Assembly: GCA_945861645.1 (NCBI GenBank)
Contig: CAMAVZ010000022.1
Span: forward strand, 1 to 31,239
Reading direction: 5' to 3'
DNA from: Opitutus sp. GAS368
GTDB taxonomy: Bacteria; Verrucomicrobiota; Verrucomicrobiia; Opitutales; Opitutaceae
Length of the DNA stretch: 31,239 nt
In this document: positions 26,533-31,239 of the stretch, in pieces
Layout of the letters: the number at the start of each line of letters is the position of its first letter
Numbering within the stretch: position 1 is the stretch's first letter
The notes under the pieces: model-generated
What the model was told of the DNA's origin: nothing
The model's input: the letters and a program-made list of their open reading frames with translations, nothing else
Database searches by the model: none
Position numbers and translations under genes: made by a program

Positions 26533-29500
26533 GGATCCGGCTCAGCCCATTTTTATTTTTTCGGTTCTGCTTCCTGCCGTTGCTGCTGGGTTCACTGCGC
26601 GCCGACGATCCCGTCGCCCCGCTCAGCTCGCCGGAAGCTCAACTAAAAATGTTTCATGTTCCACCCGGCTTTGAAGTCCAGTTGGTGGCGGCAGAACCCG
26701 AAATCCAGAAGCCTCTCAATCTCAATTTCGACTCGGCGGGCCGTCTTTGGGTAACGGGCACCACTCTTTATCCCTGGCCGGCGCGCGCCGATGCCCTCGA
26801 CCGGCCCATCGCCAGCTTTGAGCATAATTGGAATAGCAACGGCATCGCTTTTCGCGCCGCGGCCTCCCCGCCCCTACCTAAGGAACTCGGTCTTGATACC
26901 GTGCGCGTACTTTCTGATTTCGACCCGGTCACAGGTCACGCTCGGCGCATTTCCGTTTTTGCTGAAGGTCTGAATATCCCGGTCGGGATCGTCCCCCTCC
27001 CGCGTCCACCCGGCGCGAAAGGTGATACCGTGATCGTGCACTCGATTCCCAGCATTTGGCGATTAACCGACACCGATGGCGATGGCCGCGCGGATGTGCG
27101 CGAAGAATTATACACCGGCTTTGGCTTTAAAGATACGCACGGCATGGCGTCTAATTTCACCTACTGGGTCGATGGCTGGATTTACGGCACGCACGGTTTT
27201 GCCAACCACAGCGAGGTACGGGATCGCTCGGGCCGAGTGACCGTGCTCGATAGCGGCAACACCTATCGTTTCCGGCCGGATGGCTCGCATTTTGAACAAT
27301 GGACGCATGGGCAGACCAATCCCTTCGGCTTAGCGTTCGATCCCCGCGGCGATATCTATACCGCCGACTCACACTCCAAACCCGTTTACCTGCTCGTGCA
27401 TGGCGGGTTTTACGAAGGCATCAACAAGCAGCATGATGGGTTAGGCTTTGCTCCCCCAATCACGCTCGATGATCACGGCTCGAGCGCCATCGCCGGCATT
27501 ACGTATTACGCCGCCACGCAATTTCCCGAAGAATACCGCGGCAATCTTTTCAACGGCAATCCGGTCACCCGCCGCATCAATCGCGACCGGCTCGATTGGA
27601 CGGGCTCGACGCCTCAAGCGGTCCGCATGCCGGATTTTCTCACGTGTGATGACCCCACTTTTCGCCCGGTACAAGTCAAGCTGGGCCCCGACGGCGCCCT
27701 CTGGATTGCTGATTTCTACAATCCAATTATCGGCCATTATGAACAACCCCTGACGCACCCTCACCGGGACCGCGCCCACGGGCGCATCTGGCGCATCGTT
27801 TGGCGAGGTGAGGATAATTCTGTCCGCGCCCCCGTCCCCCCTGATTTTTCGACCGCCAGTGCGCCCGCACTCGTGGCCAAACTTGCGGATGATAATATAG
27901 TCGTCCGCACGCTTGCGACCAACGACCTCGTCGAGCGCCTCGCCGCGGCCAGCGCAGTTTCCGCCCTGCGCTCAGCGGCAGATCAATCCGCGGCGCTACC
28001 AACCGCTTTCGCTCTCGAGCGTCTCGGCGCCACCGATGATCAAAAATTATTTGCGCCCCTCGCTACTGTGACGGCCGATAGCGATGCCGCCCTAACCGCC
28101 CTGCGCGTGCTCGCGACTCGGTCGGATCTGGGTGAACACGGCGAGAAGTTCTTCACGGACCTCATCGCGCGGACCACGCCCGGTCACCTCTGGCGAGCGA
28201 CCGCTGATCTATTCACGACCCACTCTGAAGCGTGGCAGACTAAATTATTACTCACGATGATGGCGCGAACGCCAGCAGCGGATACGGAACTCACCTACGC
28301 CCTCCGACTAGCCCTCAAGTCCCGCGTCGCGGCGACGCCATTGCTGGAACTCAATGCACTCGCCGCCGCTAATCCTCAAGAGGCGGAGCGCCTTGCTGAT
28401 GTAGCGCTCGCCGTGCCCACCCCCTTGATCGCAGAATTTTTAATGAGCCACCTGGAGCGCACAAAATTTACCACGCCCCGCGCCGGCGAGTACGCCCGTC
28501 AAGCGGTCATGCTGCTGCCCCCCACCCGCTACGATACGATCGCTCCGCTGATTCGTTCACTCGCGCGGGCTTCGGCTGTGCAACAACTGGCGCTCGCCGA
28601 AGGACTCGCAGCCACTTCCTTAATCCCCGGGCGCAGTCTGCCCGACGACGTGACGGCGTGGATGCGCCGCACGCTCGTCGCCTCATTTACGCAGACTGAT
28701 TACATGCTCGTTAAGCGGGCCGTCGAGGCTGCGCAAAATCTGGTCTTCCCAGAAAAAAATGAGCCCCTCCGCAAGCTCATCCTGAGTTCTATAGCTAGCC
28801 ACCAGATCCGCCTCTCCGCTATCCGCGGAGTAGCGTTGGATAGCGACGGTATCGCGACGCTGATTACTCTACTGAATCGGCCTGCCGAGCCGATCATGTT
28901 TCGCCGCGGAGCGGCCGAACGACTCGCCCACCCATCAGCGGGCCCCGCTGGCCGAGCGGCTATTCTCGCGGTGCTGCCCACCGCGCAAAATGATCTCGCA
29001 CTGACCATCGCCAGCCACCTCGTGCTCACTGAAGAGGGCGCCGCCGAGCTCGTAACTTTAGTGGCGAAAGGCCAGGCACCCGCCGCACTTCTCCGCCAGC
29101 ATTATGTTGAAATCAGACTGCGCGAACGGACCCCGGCGCTGCGCACCCGCGTCGCGGCACTCGTGCAGCACCTCCCCACGGAGGATGCGCGGCTGGATGC
29201 GGTCATTAGTACCCGCGCGGCTTCTTTTGCCGCGGCAAAAGCCAACGCCGGACACGGCGCAGAAATCTTTGCTCAAAATTGCGCAGCTTGCCACCATTTC
29301 AAAAACTCCGGCGGTAATCTCGGTCCGAGTCTCGACGGCATCGCCTCCCGCAGTAGCCAGCGCGTCATGGAGGATATCCTCGATCCCAATCGCAACGTGG
29401 ATCCAGCTTTTCGCCTCACGATGGTAACCCTAAAAAATGGCGAAACGCGCAACGGTCTGAATTTACGCGCTCAGGGCGAATTCCTGCATTTGACCGACCC

Positions 29501-29654
29501 CGCAACCGCTCAAGAGTTCACGATCGCAAAAAATACGGTGAGCGCAGTCACGGCGAGCGCCACCTCCCCCATGCCGCCCGCCTCCGAGAGTGTGATTCCG
29601 GAAAAAGATTTCTTCGACTTACTGGCTTACTTGCTCACGCCAGCTAAATCGTAA
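26529..29654 (+). CDS. second PVC-type heme-binding CxxCH protein (beta-propeller, helical repeats, cytochrome c)
   Basis: VPPGFEVQLVAAEPEIQKPLNLNFDSAGRLWV; DTDGDGRAD; NPFGLAFD; FRPVQVKLGPDGALWIADFYNPIIGHYE; CAACH..GPSLDG and SPMP. Confidence 0.9.
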   Translation: MRIRLSPFLFFRFCFLPLLLGSLRADDPVAPLSSPEAQLKMFHVPPGFEVQLVAAEPEIQKPLNLNFDSAGRLWVTGTTLYPWPARADALDRPIASFEHNWNSNGIAFRAAASPPLPKELGLDTVRVLSDFDPVTGHARRISVFAEGLNIPVGIVPLPRPPGAKGDTVIVHSIPSIWRLTDTDGDGRADVREELYTGFGFKDTHGMASNFTYWVDGWIYGTHGFANHSEVRDRSGRVTVLDSGNTYRFRPDGSHFEQWTHGQTNPFGLAFDPRGDIYTADSHSKPVYLLVHGGFYEGINKQHDGLGFAPPITLDDHGSSAIAGITYYAATQFPEEYRGNLFNGNPVTRRINRDRLDWTGSTPQAVRMPDFLTCDDPTFRPVQVKLGPDGALWIADFYNPIIGHYEQPLTHPHRDRAHGRIWRIVWRGEDNSVRAPVPPDFSTASAPALVAKLADDNIVVRTLATNDLVERLAAASAVSALRSAADQSAALPTAFALERLGATDDQKLFAPLATVTADSDAALTALRVLATRSDLGEHGEKFFTDLIARTTPGHLWRATADLFTTHSEAWQTKLLLTMMARTPAADTELTYALRLALKSRVAATPLLELNALAAANPQEAERLADVALAVPTPLIAEFLMSHLERTKFTTPRAGEYARQAVMLLPPTRYDTIAPLIRSLARASAVQQLALAEGLAATSLIPGRSLPDDVTAWMRRTLVASFTQTDYMLVKRAVEAAQNLVFPEKNEPLRKLILSSIASHQIRLSAIRGVALDSDGIATLITLLNRPAEPIMFRRGAAERLAHPSAGPAGRAAILAVLPTAQNDLALTIASHLVLTEEGAAELVTLVAKGQAPAALLRQHYVEIRLRERTPALRTRVAALVQHLPTEDARLDAVISTRAASFAAAKANAGHGAEIFAQNCAACHHFKNSGGNLGPSLDGIASRSSQRVMEDILDPNRNVDPAFRLTMVTLKNGETRNGLNLRAQGEFLHLTDPATAQEFTIAKNTVSAVTASATSPMPPASESVIPEKDFFDLLAYLLTPAKS

Positions 29655-29726
29655 TCTAGACGGCGCCAATTTCACCCATGAACTGACACGAGCTGATGCC
29701 GGCGTAACCGCCGGGTGAACGAGCGC

Positions 29727-29751
29727 AAAAAAGCCCACCTATTTTAGGTGG
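29727..29751 (-). terminator. probable intrinsic terminator for the lipoprotein gene
   Basis: CCACCTA-TTT-TAGGTGG hairpin with A6 to its left, between convergent genes. Confidence 0.6.
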
Positions 29752-29799
29752 ACCTCGGCATCACGGGCGCGCAAGCAGCAGCGGCTCGACGATTAGAAT

Positions 29800-30345
29800 T
29801 TAGCGCACGTCACTGGCGAGCCAGTGCTTAATTACTCGGCCTTCGCGAAAGACAATAAATAGGGTGTCACTCGGGAGATCGGGAATCGTAGCGGAGGTCT
29901 GCACGGCGCCCTTTGTACTGGTATCGCTGAGACTCTTGTTCGCCCCGGGCGCATTGGCCGATACATAATCATTCGCCCCAGAGCGACCAGCGGTGTGCGC
30001 CGAATCGAACGTGTTTTGCGGACTCTGCGAACTATAAGCGGGGTAAAAATTATTGTAGGTCCAAGTGGTGTCCTGCCCATTTGAGGTCGTTGAAGTTTTC
30101 GACGGCTGGCCAACGGCCATGTAGACCATGTCGGTCGTATAACCGTCACCGATATAACCATTCTTGATATCCTGCTGCTGAATGGGCGGCAGGGTGTTAA
30201 AAATAGCCGCCTTCTCCGTAATCCGATTCGAAATGCCCGAAGTTTCACAACCGGTGACAAGGAAAGCGGTGATGAGCGCGAGGAAAGCTATTGAATAATG
30301 CAGAAATAAATTATTCCGCGAGCAGTAATGAGTCAGGGGTATCAT
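29800..30345 (-). CDS. putative lipoprotein of unknown function (SmpA/BamE-like motif)
   Basis: Hydrophobic stretch ending in lipobox VTG-C; GYTTDMVYMAVGQP..TWTY and terminal IVFREGRV. Confidence 0.7.
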   Translation of the reverse strand: MIPLTHYCSRNNLFLHYSIAFLALITAFLVTGCETSGISNRITEKAAIFNTLPPIQQQDIKNGYIGDGYTTDMVYMAVGQPSKTSTTSNGQDTTWTYNNFYPAYSSQSPQNTFDSAHTAGRSGANDYVSANAPGANKSLSDTSTKGAVQTSATIPDLPSDTLFIVFREGRVIKHWLASDVR

Positions 30346-30451
30346 GCATTAAATTTTAGCTGAATCACGCCCCAACACAATAAAATCATCTGCAATTATT
30401 GCTCCGTCAGTCGGCTAAGGAACTTCGGCCCAGAACCGAAAAAGCCTAATC

Positions 30452-31024
30452 CTAAAACCAAGTGTGACGAATCCACGCGACCGCTAAGCCGATCAAAAGT
30501 CCAAAGAGATGGCCTTCCCACGAGGTTCCATTGCGAGCGGGTTTTAGGCCAGCGAGCATGCCGCCGTAGAAAATTAATACGGCACCGGCAACCAGTAAGT
30601 CGGGCGTCGTTCGCGTCAACCAAGCCAGCATAATGAGGTAACCGAAAAAACTAAAAATCACCCCGCTCATGCCGACATGAGCCGCCTTGCGCCCGCCGAG
30701 CCAGAGCAACCCGCCTTGGCCGAAGGTCATCGCCAAGGCGAGCACGAGGAATTGCGCTTGCTCGCGCTGCAGCACCAATGCCCCCAAAATTAAAAACGGC
30801 GGGAAGTTAGCCGCGAGATGCGCGAAATTGGCGTGTACAAATGGAGCCGTAAAAAGCCCCAGCAACCCGCGCTCCGTACGCGGCACCACCGCAAGGGCAG
30901 TCGCCGCCGTCGTCGATATTACCCCAACCAACGTTCCCACCAACATGGCGGCCGCCGGCCAAGAAAGATAATACCACGGGGCCGTCGTGAAAAGCTGCGC
31001 AAGGTAACTGAGAATTTCATCCAT
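30452..31024 (-). CDS. rhomboid family intramembrane serine protease
   Basis: FVHANFAHLAAN, catalytic GMSG and SWEGHLFG; several TM segments. Confidence 0.9.
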   Translation of the reverse strand: MDEILSYLAQLFTTAPWYYLSWPAAAMLVGTLVGVISTTAATALAVVPRTERGLLGLFTAPFVHANFAHLAANFPPFLILGALVLQREQAQFLVLALAMTFGQGGLLWLGGRKAAHVGMSGVIFSFFGYLIMLAWLTRTTPDLLVAGAVLIFYGGMLAGLKPARNGTSWEGHLFGLLIGLAVAWIRHTWF

Positions 31025-31184
31025 ACGGATTAATCAGTGATGCTCGATCAGCAGAATAAATCGAGCACTCTCCGTCTACGTCGCGCGACCCTTCTGCATT
31101 AACTTCAGCTCCCCACCACCCGATCAGGTCGAGAAGTAGCGGACGGCAGCTTTACATGCGCCCCATCGGCGCATAAATAAGCTT

Positions 31185-31239
31185 ATGTTGAAATTAATGG
31201 GCCAAGGCCTGCTCGGATTCATTCTCTTGATCAACTCAG
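31185..31239 (+). CDS. possible 5' end of a signal-peptide-bearing gene truncated by the window edge
   Basis: ATG 31185 gives MLKLMGQGLLGFILLINS, open to the end of the window. Confidence 0.35.
   Translation, partial: MLKLMGQGLLGFILLINS

Overview
Bacterial chromosomal window, most likely from Verrucomicrobiota (Opitutaceae-like). This is inferred from PVC-specific protein families and gene order, not from a database search. A minus-strand housekeeping core (rplY-pth-rpsF-ssb-rplI-dnaB-bamA-skp, then prs and degP) and a divergent tRNA-Asn(GTT) are flanked by two plus-strand clusters of exported proteins. Left cluster, after pyrE: alpha/beta hydrolase, PVC-type beta-propeller/CxxCH heme protein, ceramidase-like metallohydrolase and GH78 alpha-L-rhamnosidase. 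Right cluster: exported rhodanese, planctomycete cytochrome c/DUF1549/DUF1553 protein, Tat-exported DUF1501 protein, FG-GAP propeller and a second PVC-type CxxCH protein. A lipoprotein and a rhomboid protease follow. I see no integrase, transposase, phage gene, CRISPR array or rRNA. The best candidates for undescribed biology are the two functionally uncharacterised periplasmic heme/hydrolase clusters, whose families are known but whose functions are not, and two structured intergenic regions (12009-12208 and 20351-20544), which are speculative.
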